A DNA stretch of 61,541 bases, from the IMG/VR virus record IMGVR_UViG_3300032220_001761, positions 129,134 to 190,674 of that record; one strand, written 5' to 3'. The DNA comes from a virus. Lineage: Duplodnaviria > Heunggongvirae > Uroviricota > Caudoviricetes. The notes beneath the pieces are model-generated. The model was not told the origin of the DNA, ran no database searches, and was given only the letters and a program-made list of their open reading frames with translations. The position numbers and the translations under genes were made by a program. This document shows, piece after piece, positions 18,261-27,527 of this stretch. Position 1 is the stretch's first letter, and the number at the start of each line of letters is the position of its first letter.

Positions 18261-19328
18261 TTAATTTTCATCTCCCTTATACCAAAAAGGCTTCTGATAA
18301 ACTGGTCTGATATTCTTCCAGATGATCTCGGAATAATCCTTACCGTCCAGCATACAGAATATTATAGCCTTATTCATAGAAGTTTGGGTATTTAAGATCT
18401 CCGCTATTTCTTTTCTTGATAGATCCTTTCCTGTAATATTCCCCTCGAGAATTTCTTTAGCTCTGTCTTCTCTTACCTTGAACTTGATCTTAAGATCCTC
18501 AATTGTATTTCTAACCCAGCTATCAAATTCATCTGGCACTTTTTCTAGCATAAGGTTAAGATCCTTGCCCAACATAAGGCTTTCCCAAATATCAACATTA
18601 GAGAAGTTGGTTAGAAGTCTATGCAATCTGACATACTCTTCTCCTTTAATTTTCATCCTCTGTCCAGATTCGAATTTAATCACAAACCCTTCTTGGTCTT
18701 CTTTGATTATCTTTTTCAGATCCCTGTAGTCTTCTATTCCGTCATAAACCTTAACCACTAGATCTGGATGATACCAGGAATCTACCATCCATGTATGGTG
18801 ATATTCAATTCTATGATCCATCATTGCAAGGAGAACTAATTTCTCCTCGTCTCCATAATCACAGACTATTCTGTTTTCTGGATAGATGATTTCACAAAGA
18901 TAGAAATTGTGTACGTTTAGATTGGACCCATATTTCTCTTCCTGCTTTTTTAGTATCTCCATACCTCTCTTAGCCTGGTCTGAAGTAAATGAACCACGTG
19001 TTGCTAAGATCCATTCATCAGAATAATAAAATAATATTCCCAATGATCCATCCATCTTTTCGAAAACATCAAAAGGTTCATTGGGAATATTATCCATCTC
19101 CTCCATATTGAAGAATTTAGGAAACCCCCTAGCAATTACATTTCCAGATTGGTCTAGTATGGTACCTCTCATGTTGAGAGTTATGTTATCCCACTTAGAT
19201 TCAAATTGGCAATCTCTTGTGTAATTGTAAATAGAGATAGGATGAACCGGGTGATCGTTTTTTTCGACCAACCCGGAATCAATATATTCTTGTAATACGT
19301 TTAAATCATACTTTAAGGTCTTTTCCAT
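18261..19328 (-). CDS. rnlA: T4 Rnl1-type RNA ligase
   Basis: RGFPKFFN, EKMDGSLG (motif I), EIIYPENRIV, EGFVI, KIKGEEY. Confidence 0.9.
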   Translation of the reverse strand: MEKTLKYDLNVLQEYIDSGLVEKNDHPVHPISIYNYTRDCQFESKWDNITLNMRGTILDQSGNVIARGFPKFFNMEEMDNIPNEPFDVFEKMDGSLGILFYYSDEWILATRGSFTSDQAKRGMEILKKQEEKYGSNLNVHNFYLCEIIYPENRIVCDYGDEEKLVLLAMMDHRIEYHHTWMVDSWYHPDLVVKVYDGIEDYRDLKKIIKEDQEGFVIKFESGQRMKIKGEEYVRLHRLLTNFSNVDIWESLMLGKDLNLMLEKVPDEFDSWVRNTIEDLKIKFKVREDRAKEILEGNITGKDLSRKEIAEILNTQTSMNKAIIFCMLDGKDYSEIIWKNIRPVYQKPFWYKGDEN

Positions 19329-19846
19329 TTCCAGGATTTTTCTAGATTATTAAGGTCAAACTCTTCTAACATATTATCTGCCGCACCAAGGATTTCAAGT
19401 TTACTCCAATGAGGTCTTGACATGAACTCCTCTTGTTTGGCTCTTCTCATCTTATCAAATTGATGAAATCTCATATGGTCTCTGCACAAATCTGCAACTG
19501 TACTAACCTCACCTCCTAGACTTTTAATCCATTCTTGTACCTCAATGGATGCTAATATAAACTTAGCTACCTCAGTATCGTGTCCAGGACAAGTTGGATA
19601 TCCATTCTTTGGATTTATTCTAACAGTGTCATGTTTAAAAAGATCGTGCAAACATCCCGCTAAAATAAGATCGGAATCTCCTGTAGGTATAAGTCTTTCA
19701 GTAACTATTTTTATATGTTCAAAAGCACTTTCCTCCGGATGAAAGTCAGGTCTTTCTCTTAAGCCCTTTAATGCCTCTAATCTAGAAGTAACAGATTGAG
19801 GAGGACTTGTGGTTTCGATTAATTCCAAAAATGTTGTAAATTTCAT
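19313..19846 (-). CDS. HD-domain phosphohydrolase
   Basis: FHPE..FEH, LHDLFK, GHD, DHM, AD motifs; start re-assigned to MKFTTF at 19846. Confidence 0.75.
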   Translation of the reverse strand: MKFTTFLELIETTSPPQSVTSRLEALKGLRERPDFHPEESAFEHIKIVTERLIPTGDSDLILAGCLHDLFKHDTVRINPKNGYPTCPGHDTEVAKFILASIEVQEWIKSLGGEVSTVADLCRDHMRFHQFDKMRRAKQEEFMSRPHWSKLEILGAADNMLEEFDLNNLEKSWKWKRP

Positions 19847-19874
19847 GTCGCAATTATAATAGATTTTTCCCAAT

Positions 19875-19903
19875 AAAAAAACCCAATTCGTTAAGAATTG
19901 GGC
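19875..19903 (-). terminator. intrinsic terminator-like hairpin
   Basis: CCCAATTC/GAATTGGG stem with adjacent A-run. Confidence 0.5.
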
Positions 19904-20058
19904 TCTTGATATATGAAGAAGCAAGAAGAAGGTTTTACCCTTCAGCTGCCGAGGATATAAATAATACTGCAAAGGCGATAAAAAATTTCAATCCTTTTTG
20001 AAAAATTCTCGGAGTCCGCGAGTAAAATGAATATATAAAGGAAATAGAAAGTATTAAA

Positions 20059-20664
20059 ATGAAAAAATACCAAGAATTTAGAACCATAAGAGAGGCAAGA
20101 AGGCCTAAAAAATGTCCAGTTCTTAACTTTAAGCCCATAAGAGAATCTGAGACTTATAAAGATATGATGGCAATGGGCTTTGTTGAAAGATTAGCTGATA
20201 ACCCTGAAGGTATAGAAATTGCAGGAACAGAAGAGCAAAGATACTTTAAAGATAGATTAGGTAACATCGCTTTTTTCCATCCTTCATTAGCAAGCAAGCC
20301 TAATTATCCTTACTACAATATTATGCACAACGGTAGCATCAGAGTATGGATCGGTAGTTCTAAATCTTCTGAATATGCAGGTTTATCAACAGACTTAAAA
20401 AGAACCTGTATGACTGTGGAAGATTATCTTTTCAAGATGGGATTTTTAATAAAATTACTTGCTCAGAGACAAGGTTTCCCTATTAAAGATGCTGAATTAA
20501 TTAACAACGAAAGCTATAAGGATCTAATCAGAAGAAAAATGGAAGAGGATCCATCAGTTGTAGGTAAATTGGAAGTACTTCCTCCTAGCTTAAAGCAAGA
20601 GGATCTAGGAAAAGGAGCAGGAATGCTTAAGAACTTCGGAGTTTTTGGTGACGACGAAGATTAA
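20059..20664 (+). CDS. putative virion-internal protein
   Basis: MKKYQEFRTIRE closely resembles the T4 CTS MKTYQEFIAE; ends KGAGMLKNFGVF. Confidence 0.75.
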   Translation: MKKYQEFRTIREARRPKKCPVLNFKPIRESETYKDMMAMGFVERLADNPEGIEIAGTEEQRYFKDRLGNIAFFHPSLASKPNYPYYNIMHNGSIRVWIGSSKSSEYAGLSTDLKRTCMTVEDYLFKMGFLIKLLAQRQGFPIKDAELINNESYKDLIRRKMEEDPSVVGKLEVLPPSLKQEDLGKGAGMLKNFGVFGDDED

Positions 20665-21310
20665 TTACTTTTTACTTTCAAAAATAAATTTACCAAAGAT
20701 TGTGAATCTCGAAATATTACAAATTATAATCACGGGGATATTTTCCTTAGGAGTGGCACTAGGATCAGTGTGGCTTAAGCATTCTTTAGACGTAAAAAAG
20801 AAAGCCAACGATGATGCTAATTATGAAAGGATATCTCAGCAAGATGTTGATACCATGTTAGAGATTCAAAACTTTATAGATGATTTTAGAAACCAATGGG
20901 ATTTAGATAGGGTAGGTATATTTCAATTCCATAATGGTGGTAAGTTTTTTCATGGTGTTCCAATGAAAAAATACTCACAAACTTTTGAATCTGTCTCTCA
21001 CGGAGTTTCGAAATCTAAGGAGCACAATCAAAGTGTATTTGTAACTGAACATCCTTCACTAATGAAGAATCTAAGTGAGAAACAATTTTTTTATGTGAAT
21101 GCAGAGGATCCTGTTTTGGATTATATCAGAGGAAGGGTAACTGAAGATGGTATTTTACAGGTAATCTCTTCTCCAATCAGAACTCTATCTGGTCAATTGA
21201 TAGGCTTTATCCAACTTCATACAGTTAAAAAAAGGATCAAGATTACTAAAGAACTTGAAGATGACGTTATTAATCTTGTTGCTAATATTTCAGGATATCT
21301 AATAAAATGA
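20645..21310 (+). CDS. single-TM protein with GAF-like C-domain (holin candidate); true start may be a downstream GTG
   Basis: IIITGIFSLGVALGSVWL TM; DRVGIFQFHNGG...ISSPIRTLSGQLIGFI GAF-like pattern. Confidence 0.5.
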   Translation: MVTTKINYFLLSKINLPKIVNLEILQIIITGIFSLGVALGSVWLKHSLDVKKKANDDANYERISQQDVDTMLEIQNFIDDFRNQWDLDRVGIFQFHNGGKFFHGVPMKKYSQTFESVSHGVSKSKEHNQSVFVTEHPSLMKNLSEKQFFYVNAEDPVLDYIRGRVTEDGILQVISSPIRTLSGQLIGFIQLHTVKKRIKITKELEDDVINLVANISGYLIK

Positions 21311-22215
21311 GGATTCTAAGAATTAACGAGCAAGGTTCTAGCGATCGTGATATCCAAGATTGGTTTACTAAGAATTGTAGATCAATCTATCCTTGGAATT
21401 TTTATTCACACGTAGATATAAAAGAAGATGGTGTTCATGTAAAAACACACATCAATTTTTATCGCATGCAATCACCGCCTCCTTTTAAAATAGCATTCTT
21501 AGCAGGTGATGTTAAAATAGAATCCTCGATCATAGAGGATTTTTCTTTTCTACCTAAGACAATAAATGGAGGTCTACATTTAACCACTACTGACATCAAA
21601 TCAGTAGAAGGATTTCCTACAATGATCTATGGAAATTTAGAGCTATCTAATTGCATGTTAATAGAATCATTTGAAAATGTGTCAACCTTAATAACAGGAA
21701 GTATACATATAAACTCAGTTCCATCTTTAAAAGAGCTAAAGGCAGAAAATATAAAATTTAGAGGTGCAGGGGTAATAATAAAGAGTACAGGTATTACTTC
21801 TTTGGTAGGTCTTCCGGTATCTACTAGATTAAATTATAAAGAAGCACCATACTTTCATGTCAGTGATTCAAAAATAAAAAATCTAATAGGACTCCCAGAA
21901 ACAGTTAGTCATCTTTATATCTCTAAGTGTCCTTTAGAATCTATAGAAGGTATACCATTTAATATAACTGAAGGGTTTAGATCTGCGGTAAACGTATCTG
22001 CATCTAGGGAGGGGAATCCAGAAAAGGTAAACAACCAAATTGGTATCTACTACGATTTATTGGAAAAGGAATATCCTAAATCAGGAGAAACCCGAAAGGA
22101 GTATATAAAAAGAGTTATAGACATCGATCCAGAGATTTCTTCTATAATACCAAAAGAAGAGATGCCTGAAAATTATTCAGGACATAAAATTCTGAAGAAA
22201 TTTGGATTTTTTTAA
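21307..22215 (+). CDS. LRR-like protein (SLxGxP repeats) with N/C motifs
   Basis: SVEGFP, SLVGLP, NLIGLP, SIEGIP; starts MRILRINE; ends KILKKFGFF. Confidence 0.7.
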   Translation: MRILRINEQGSSDRDIQDWFTKNCRSIYPWNFYSHVDIKEDGVHVKTHINFYRMQSPPPFKIAFLAGDVKIESSIIEDFSFLPKTINGGLHLTTTDIKSVEGFPTMIYGNLELSNCMLIESFENVSTLITGSIHINSVPSLKELKAENIKFRGAGVIIKSTGITSLVGLPVSTRLNYKEAPYFHVSDSKIKNLIGLPETVSHLYISKCPLESIEGIPFNITEGFRSAVNVSASREGNPEKVNNQIGIYYDLLEKEYPKSGETRKEYIKRVIDIDPEISSIIPKEEMPENYSGHKILKKFGFF

Positions 22216-22454
22216 AAAGGTAGATCCAAAGCTACCTTTTCTATGTGCTCTTCTTTAGCACCATATTTTTTCATAGACTCTATCATTTCACCCTTAGACA
22301 TCTTATTGAATAGTGTGTTTTTGTCTTCCACTATACAATCTGCTTCTTCTTCACTGAGGGAATTATCCCACACTTCATAGAAGTAACCCAATGCGTGGTC
22401 AAATCCATAGATAAATTCTTTTTGCTCTCCTAAGTTTACTAAAAATCTACTCAT
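22212..22454 (-). CDS. hypothetical protein
   Basis: 80-aa ORF in a tightly packed minus-strand operon. Confidence 0.7.
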   Translation of the reverse strand: MSRFLVNLGEQKEFIYGFDHALGYFYEVWDNSLSEEEADCIVEDKNTLFNKMSKGEMIESMKKYGAKEEHIEKVALDLPF

Positions 22455-22678
22455 GTTCTTTCTTTTATAAATTGATCAATTTCTTGGTTGTTAAGGTCAT
22501 AATATATGCTAGGGGATCTTTCTATTTTTAGAACGATATTTCCTGGTTTTATTTCCTCAGCTTCTTTATAGATCTGTACTCTCCTTCTTTGAAGGACCTG
22601 CATCTGTTTACAGATTTCTGACCATTCCTCATTGAGGTCCTTATACCTAATTTCCTTGTCCATCTTTTTTATATTCAT
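22451..22678 (-). CDS. hypothetical protein
   Basis: ATGA-type overlaps on both sides. Confidence 0.65.
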   Translation of the reverse strand: MNIKKMDKEIRYKDLNEEWSEICKQMQVLQRRRVQIYKEAEEIKPGNIVLKIERSPSIYYDLNNQEIDQFIKERT

Positions 22679-23067
22679 GGTATAATTTCTCCTTGTTGAA
22701 TTGGGTCTAGGATCTCCCCTCCTATAACTTGTACCTTATATTCTGGAAACCATTTACCTTTCCTTGATTCAAGTATAATTCCTACTCCTCTTTTCTTTGT
22801 TAGCTTCACTTTTTCACCTTCCTCGAATTTTCTAAAGGTGATTTCAGCAGTATTCTTTTTTAGCCAATCCTCTAGATTTTCTCTTTTATCACTCTCCCAC
22901 ATTTCCTCATCCTCGTCATATCCCCAAGATTGGATAGTAAACTCATTTGAGGGCTGGAATTTTTCTAGACCATCATTGCATCTTTTACACATAATGTTTT
23001 GTCTGTGCCTTCCCACCTCTTCTTCTCCTTTGAATATCGTGTATTCTATAACATTTGCTGATGTCAT
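22675..23067 (-). CDS. hypothetical protein with C-terminal SH3/KOW-like segment
   Basis: FEEGEKVKL..GIIL..YKV. Confidence 0.65.
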   Translation of the reverse strand: MTSANVIEYTIFKGEEEVGRHRQNIMCKRCNDGLEKFQPSNEFTIQSWGYDEDEEMWESDKRENLEDWLKKNTAEITFRKFEEGEKVKLTKKRGVGIILESRKGKWFPEYKVQVIGGEILDPIQQGEIIP

Positions 23068-23068
23068 T

Positions 23069-23428
23069 TTATATTAATTGTTTTTGTTTGTTTTTAAGCT
23101 CGTTATTGAGATATTTTGCTATCACTTGACCATGACAAAGGAAAGTCTTTTCAGATCCGTCTGCGGGCTTATTACAGCACCAGCAGCCAAGTACTTTACC
23201 CCTTAATTCACCAATGTCATTAATCAACCCAGATGAATGAAGATATTTCTCAAAATTCTCTATGGCTTCTTTTCTTGATGCAACCTGATATTCAGCTTTG
23301 GTCTTATCAACATCCTTATGAGTGAAAGGATTAGCCCACTTGGATGGTCTACCGATATAGACATCGTGGTTGTACTTTTTAAAGTGCACAACGTAGGTTA
23401 CTCCTTCTTTTCTTTCGAATTCTTCCAT
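23069..23428 (-). CDS. DUF4326 family protein
   Basis: VYIGRPSKWANPF...LRGKVLGCWC...CHG; start set at MEEFER. Confidence 0.85.
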   Translation of the reverse strand: MEEFERKEGVTYVVHFKKYNHDVYIGRPSKWANPFTHKDVDKTKAEYQVASRKEAIENFEKYLHSSGLINDIGELRGKVLGCWCCNKPADGSEKTFLCHGQVIAKYLNNELKNKQKQLI

Positions 23429-23468
23429 TATTTTGAACAAAAATAAGAAAAATCTACAGAAGAAAAAA

Positions 23469-23909
23469 TTATTCCTGCTTTTTTTTAGTTACGAGCTTTT
23501 CGACACGCTCAAGTAAAATGGAAACAACAACCAGTCCTATTGTTAAAATGATTGGCTCTCTAATGTATCCCAATCCTGACATGATACCCATCGAACTTGC
23601 TATCCACACAAAAGCTGCTGTTGTGATCCCATGGATTTTGTCGTCGTTCTTTAATATAGTTCCTCCACCTAAAAAACCTATCCCAGTTATGATCTGTCCT
23701 ATTATTCTTGTTGGATCAACACCAGCAGAACTAATAGAAATATCTTTAGAGACCCATGTTAGAATAGAGCATCCAACAGATATTAAAATCATAGATCTTA
23801 TACCCGCTGGTTTTTTCTTTATCTCTCTTTCAACCCCAATAATAAATGCACAAATAGTTGAAGTTATTACTCCGTACCAAAGATCCTGGTGTATAAAAAT
23901 TTCATTCAT
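23469..23909 (-). CDS. mgtC: MgtC/SapB family membrane protein (TM domain only)
   Basis: IGVERE..KPAGIRS, DPTRIIGQIITGIGFLGGG, GITTAA. Confidence 0.9.
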   Translation of the reverse strand: MNEIFIHQDLWYGVITSTICAFIIGVEREIKKKPAGIRSMILISVGCSILTWVSKDISISSAGVDPTRIIGQIITGIGFLGGGTILKNDDKIHGITTAAFVWIASSMGIMSGLGYIREPIILTIGLVVVSILLERVEKLVTKKKQE

Positions 23910-23929
23910 CCCAAATTATTACATTAAAC

Positions 23930-23959
23930 AAAAAAAACCCGTCTTAAGTGACGGGTTTA
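23930..23959 (-). terminator. terminator of tmRNA
   Basis: AAACCCGTC/GACGGGTTT stem plus T-run directly after the CCA end. Confidence 0.8.
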
Positions 23960-23962
23960 ATC

Positions 23963-24446
23963 TGGTGGACCATGTGGGATTCGAACCCACGTCTTGCTCA
24001 ATAAGTTAAATGCGCTCATTCACAGGCTTAGATCCGGTTTATCAGACTCCGGTCAAACTGTGTAGCTATCTTTTTTTGGACTGGCTTTAGCTTCAGCCAG
24101 CGAACCTACACTATCAGCGCTCCTTGGATTTCTCCGTGGACTGTTGCCTTTCGACTCAGGGGCTCTGGTGGTTTTCTATTGTGAGGTACTGTAGCCCCTT
24201 TTTCCCTCGGTTTTCAAATTTCTGTTCCTAGGTAATTGAGACCCGGTGGTTAAGCTGCTAATAGCATCTCTACCTCATCCATCACTGAAGCATTAGCTAC
24301 AGATCCAGATTCCATGATGTTCATCACATCAAGGACATTATAAACGTTGCCGTTTGTGATTTTAATAGGGGATTTAAGTGTTTCCATCTAACACTGCCTG
24401 TATCACGTCAAAGAACTTTCATTGCCAATCAATTCCGATATGGCCC
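23963..24446 (-). ncRNA. ssrA: tmRNA (transfer-messenger RNA), 484 nt
   Basis: 5' GGGCCAT pairs with 3' ATGGTCC-ACCA with G3:U; T-arm GTGGG-TTCGAAT-CCCAC; internal tag ORF ending LLAA-stop. Confidence 0.9.
24250..24351 (-). other. tmRNA proteolysis tag ORF (A)GNVYNVLDVMNIMESGSVANASVMDEVEMLLAA*
   Basis: Hand translation; GGC resume codon inferred from its position about 95 nt into the RNA after an A-rich stretch. Confidence 0.75.
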
Positions 24447-24461
24447 ATTTATTATATATAC

Positions 24462-25193
24462 TCAGCTTCCGCGAAAAATTTCATCCGCCAAGCCTAAAGA
24501 AACAGTTTCTTCTGGAGTAAGGATAGTATCAAAATTAAGTAGCTCTTTTAAAACTCCCCTAATCTCTTCTCTTCTTGCTGGGATACTTCTAGAAAATTTA
24601 TAATTAACATCAGCAGGTTTTGGATGCTCCAGTGCTTTCTGTTTATTCATGATTGAGCTTAGTACCTTAGCCATATACCCTGTTCCCTCCTCTTCTTCCT
24701 TTTCCATCATCATATCAAGGTAAATATTCTCCATGTCATAGTTAATCCTTTTACCCTCATCAGACCATTTTTCAAATATCTTAGTGTGACCAATATTTCC
24801 GTTGTATCCGTAATGAATCATGAATCTACTATTGGGCATCATTATCCTGTGGTCTGCAGATTGTAATATGATACTTCCCATACTCATCGCATGTCCATAA
24901 ACCTTAATAGTGCAGTGGCAGTTTGAGTTTTTAATCGCATCATAAATAGCCATTCCATGGTACCAATCTCCTCCTGGGTTATTCATGATTACAAAGATCT
25001 CTTTATCCGCTCCTCTAGATTCTAGAAGGTGCATTCCCTTTATAAAATATTCAGTCATTAAATGATCTACACCAGTTTCTCCCCCGTCGTAATTGTATCC
25101 CAAACTACCCATGTAGATCGTCCTTGTTTCAAGATCTAGGTTATGATCGAACCAAGTCCATACAAAATCGTTGTCTCTAATTCTTTTAGCCAT
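24462..25193 (-). CDS. clpP: ClpP-family protease subunit with insertion
   Basis: MNNPGG, GHAMSMGS (Ser), FMIH (His), FDTILTPEETVSLGLADEI (Asp). Confidence 0.85.
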   Translation of the reverse strand: MAKRIRDNDFVWTWFDHNLDLETRTIYMGSLGYNYDGGETGVDHLMTEYFIKGMHLLESRGADKEIFVIMNNPGGDWYHGMAIYDAIKNSNCHCTIKVYGHAMSMGSIILQSADHRIMMPNSRFMIHYGYNGNIGHTKIFEKWSDEGKRINYDMENIYLDMMMEKEEEEGTGYMAKVLSSIMNKQKALEHPKPADVNYKFSRSIPARREEIRGVLKELLNFDTILTPEETVSLGLADEIFRGS

Positions 25194-25197
25194 ATTA

Positions 25198-25226
25198 TTT
25201 ATACTATCTCTTGGACTAGTTGTTTC
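25198..25226 (-). promoter_or_regulatory. phage middle-type promoter GAAAY-N18-TAnnAW
   Basis: GAAAC-N17-GTATAAA; identical spacing at 10 or more other gene starts. Confidence 0.6.
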
Positions 25227-25229
25227 TAC

Positions 25230-25619
25230 TTAGAGCTTAAATTCAAAACGGTCCCTCATTATTTCTATGGTGTTCTCTGGAACCCCGTGGGTATTTTTAC
25301 CCCCGTGGTGATTTTCCACGATAGCTACGAAGATTTTGTACCCTAGTTCCTTCCCAAGAAGAATGTATGGTTCCATCTCCCACTCACGGGTAAAAGTGTT
25401 AGAAACAACTACAATTGGTTCTCCATCTTTCATAGCATCCATCACTTTATGTCTACACCAATTGTGCGCATCACTCAATTTAGACCCATCAAATTTGTAT
25501 TCGCTATTTTCGTCCATAAAAAACATGTCTGCTTCGTAATGAACCCCACCTAGGGACTTAGCAAATGTGGACTTACCACTTCCTGGTAATCCCCTAACTA
25601 TATAGAATTTTTTTTCCAT
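25230..25619 (-). CDS. P-loop kinase (AAA_33, polynucleotide kinase-like)
   Basis: RGLPGSGKST, EADMFF, VSNTF, NTHGVP. Confidence 0.85.
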   Translation of the reverse strand: MEKKFYIVRGLPGSGKSTFAKSLGGVHYEADMFFMDENSEYKFDGSKLSDAHNWCRHKVMDAMKDGEPIVVVSNTFTREWEMEPYILLGKELGYKIFVAIVENHHGGKNTHGVPENTIEIMRDRFEFKL

Positions 25620-25623
25620 AGGT

Positions 25624-26055
25624 TTATTCGAACGTTTTTAGTTCTGTTTGTAGCTTGGTTGGAGGTAATGAATAATCAGAAGATGCTGTCCTCGTTCTTC
25701 TGAAATCGTTCAAACTTGTTTCTAAAGAAGGCACCAAGTTTTTAAGAAATCCAGAAGAAACAGATCCGTAAATAAATCCTATTGATACCCCATCTCTACT
25801 TCTTATTTCTGTTACACAGCTATCAGATTTTATGGTTTTGAAAGAAAAATTACAGCAAAGATCCGCATCTTTTCTTAGTCTGGTTAAAAATAAAGTGTCA
25901 CTAGGAGAATTCCATTTTATTATCAACTCCATTGGAGGGGGATCTATGTTATTGATGTTAGCACCAAAAAATGATGGAGTAACCAACATAAATAAAAAAA
26001 TCATAGCAGGCCAAATAACAACTGTATTTCCTGTGCGACGTATAGATATCTTCAT
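25624..26055 (-). CDS. hypothetical protein with N-terminal TM/signal
   Basis: Hydrophobic N-terminus; GAAAT-N17-ATAATAA upstream. Confidence 0.6.
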   Translation of the reverse strand: MKISIRRTGNTVVIWPAMIFLFMLVTPSFFGANINNIDPPPMELIIKWNSPSDTLFLTRLRKDADLCCNFSFKTIKSDSCVTEIRSRDGVSIGFIYGSVSSGFLKNLVPSLETSLNDFRRTRTASSDYSLPPTKLQTELKTFE

Positions 26056-26089
26056 AAATCTTTTTCTTTATTATCAGTAAATTAAAGAT

Positions 26090-26305
26090 TTATTTCGACT
26101 CAAAATCGTTAATCATCTCTTTTTTTATGATTTCAGGATCATCTGTCAGATAATTTTTCTTAGCCAACCATTGAAATACATCATTTATAGTAAAGCCGTT
26201 AATAGACTTAGTCATAATTTCTTTGTATTCACTTGAGGAGTTTTTGAATTCGTGACCACACTCACAAGGGGTGGACCAACATTCTATACAATCGCTTAAT
26301 GACAT
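26090..26305 (-). CDS. small Cys-rich protein
   Basis: MSLSDCIECWSTPCECG. Confidence 0.7.
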   Translation of the reverse strand: MSLSDCIECWSTPCECGHEFKNSSSEYKEIMTKSINGFTINDVFQWLAKKNYLTDDPEIIKKEMINDFESK

Positions 26306-26306
26306 A

Positions 26307-27002
26307 TTAATAAACCTTTCTGAATAATTGTATTACGTCCCATGCATCCTCTAAAGAATCATGACTTACGAATGGATCTAATCCAGCTCTTTCTTTACAG
26401 ATAGTTAGATCAGGTAGTGCTGTATCGCTTCCCCAATTAGTGAATAAAACACTAGGATCTAATACCCTTTGACGAAATCTTACGAAGTGATAAAATTTGT
26501 CTATTTGATCTATAAACTTCTTATCAAATGTTGCAAAGTTTTTTCCTGCAACATTAATAGTTACTGGCCCTGCAACTTCTCTAAGAGCGGATACTTTCTT
26601 AATCGAATTCTCAGTTGCTTTAGAATTACCCCATTCAATAGGATCCAAATATGATTCATACTCTTTGATCCCTTGATGATGTACAAGGGTCCAAACATAA
26701 AAGTAATGTGGAATTGCTTGAGGGTAAAGAAAAATACATCCAAGGGATTCTCTTAGTCCAGCTTTCTCTTCCTCAGTCTTTAGATTTTGGTATCTAGAGA
26801 TTGATGCAATTATTCTCGAGTTCATATTGATAGCAAATGGACTTCCCAAAATCTCATCCCTAAGGATATAGATGTTTATTTTTGGACATTTGTCCAAACC
26901 TAATTTTTGGTTGGTATCTTCAAGGATACCAGAAAAAGTTAGGATTTGATATTTCTCAGCATTTAGACCTGTAGTTTCTAGGTCCATTGAAACGTATTTC
27001 AT
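26307..27002 (-). CDS. DEDDh 3'-5' exonuclease (DnaQ-like)
   Basis: DLETTG, GKNFATFD, HDSLEDA. Confidence 0.85.
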   Translation of the reverse strand: MKYVSMDLETTGLNAEKYQILTFSGILEDTNQKLGLDKCPKINIYILRDEILGSPFAINMNSRIIASISRYQNLKTEEEKAGLRESLGCIFLYPQAIPHYFYVWTLVHHQGIKEYESYLDPIEWGNSKATENSIKKVSALREVAGPVTINVAGKNFATFDKKFIDQIDKFYHFVRFRQRVLDPSVLFTNWGSDTALPDLTICKERAGLDPFVSHDSLEDAWDVIQLFRKVY

Positions 27003-27523
27003 TTATTTTTTGGATTAAAATTGTAAACTTTTTCTGCGTATGAATTAATGCAAGGCTTTCCGGTATTGTAGCAACCGAAGACTAATTTCCAGTCACGGTA
27101 TTTGTCATAAAGATAACGAAGAAGCTTCATAGAAGTTTCCACATTAAAATCTATATCGCTCAATATTTTATCCTTAGGGATTTTCCCCCCCCACATCCAT
27201 TTAGCTGTCCCTGGCATTATTTGCATAGGACCAAGAGCACCTGCTGGTGATACCCTCTCGTGCTTGTAATCCCAATCAAAAGGTCCCTCATATCTAGTTT
27301 CACTGTAAGCAATCCCTAAGGCATACCTTAAAGGTATATCATATTCGCTGGAATACTTTTCTATGCAGGAAAACATTGTAATACAAGGAGGAGTATCCTG
27401 AACTACATCTGAAGACCTCTTCTGTACAATTTTACCTATTTGTGAATCTGACAGGTAATGCCTTATTGGTACACTTATGATACCAAATAAAGCAAAAAAT
27501 AAGATCAAATTTCTATTTTTCAT
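26999..27523 (-). CDS. lytic transglycosylase (SLT domain) with signal anchor
   Basis: AYSET, SPAGALGPMQIMP, CYNTG. Confidence 0.85.
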   Translation of the reverse strand: MKNRNLILFFALFGIISVPIRHYLSDSQIGKIVQKRSSDVVQDTPPCITMFSCIEKYSSEYDIPLRYALGIAYSETRYEGPFDWDYKHERVSPAGALGPMQIMPGTAKWMWGGKIPKDKILSDIDFNVETSMKLLRYLYDKYRDWKLVFGCYNTGKPCINSYAEKVYNFNPKNK

Positions 27524-27527
27524 AGTG

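Noticed and set aside
23963-24000. Stand-alone tRNA
   Set aside because: This T-arm and acceptor strand pair with 24440-24446 and form the 3' end of the tmRNA
23518-24009. 163-aa plus-strand ORF
   Set aside because: Antisense shadow of mgtC that also crosses the tmRNA terminator
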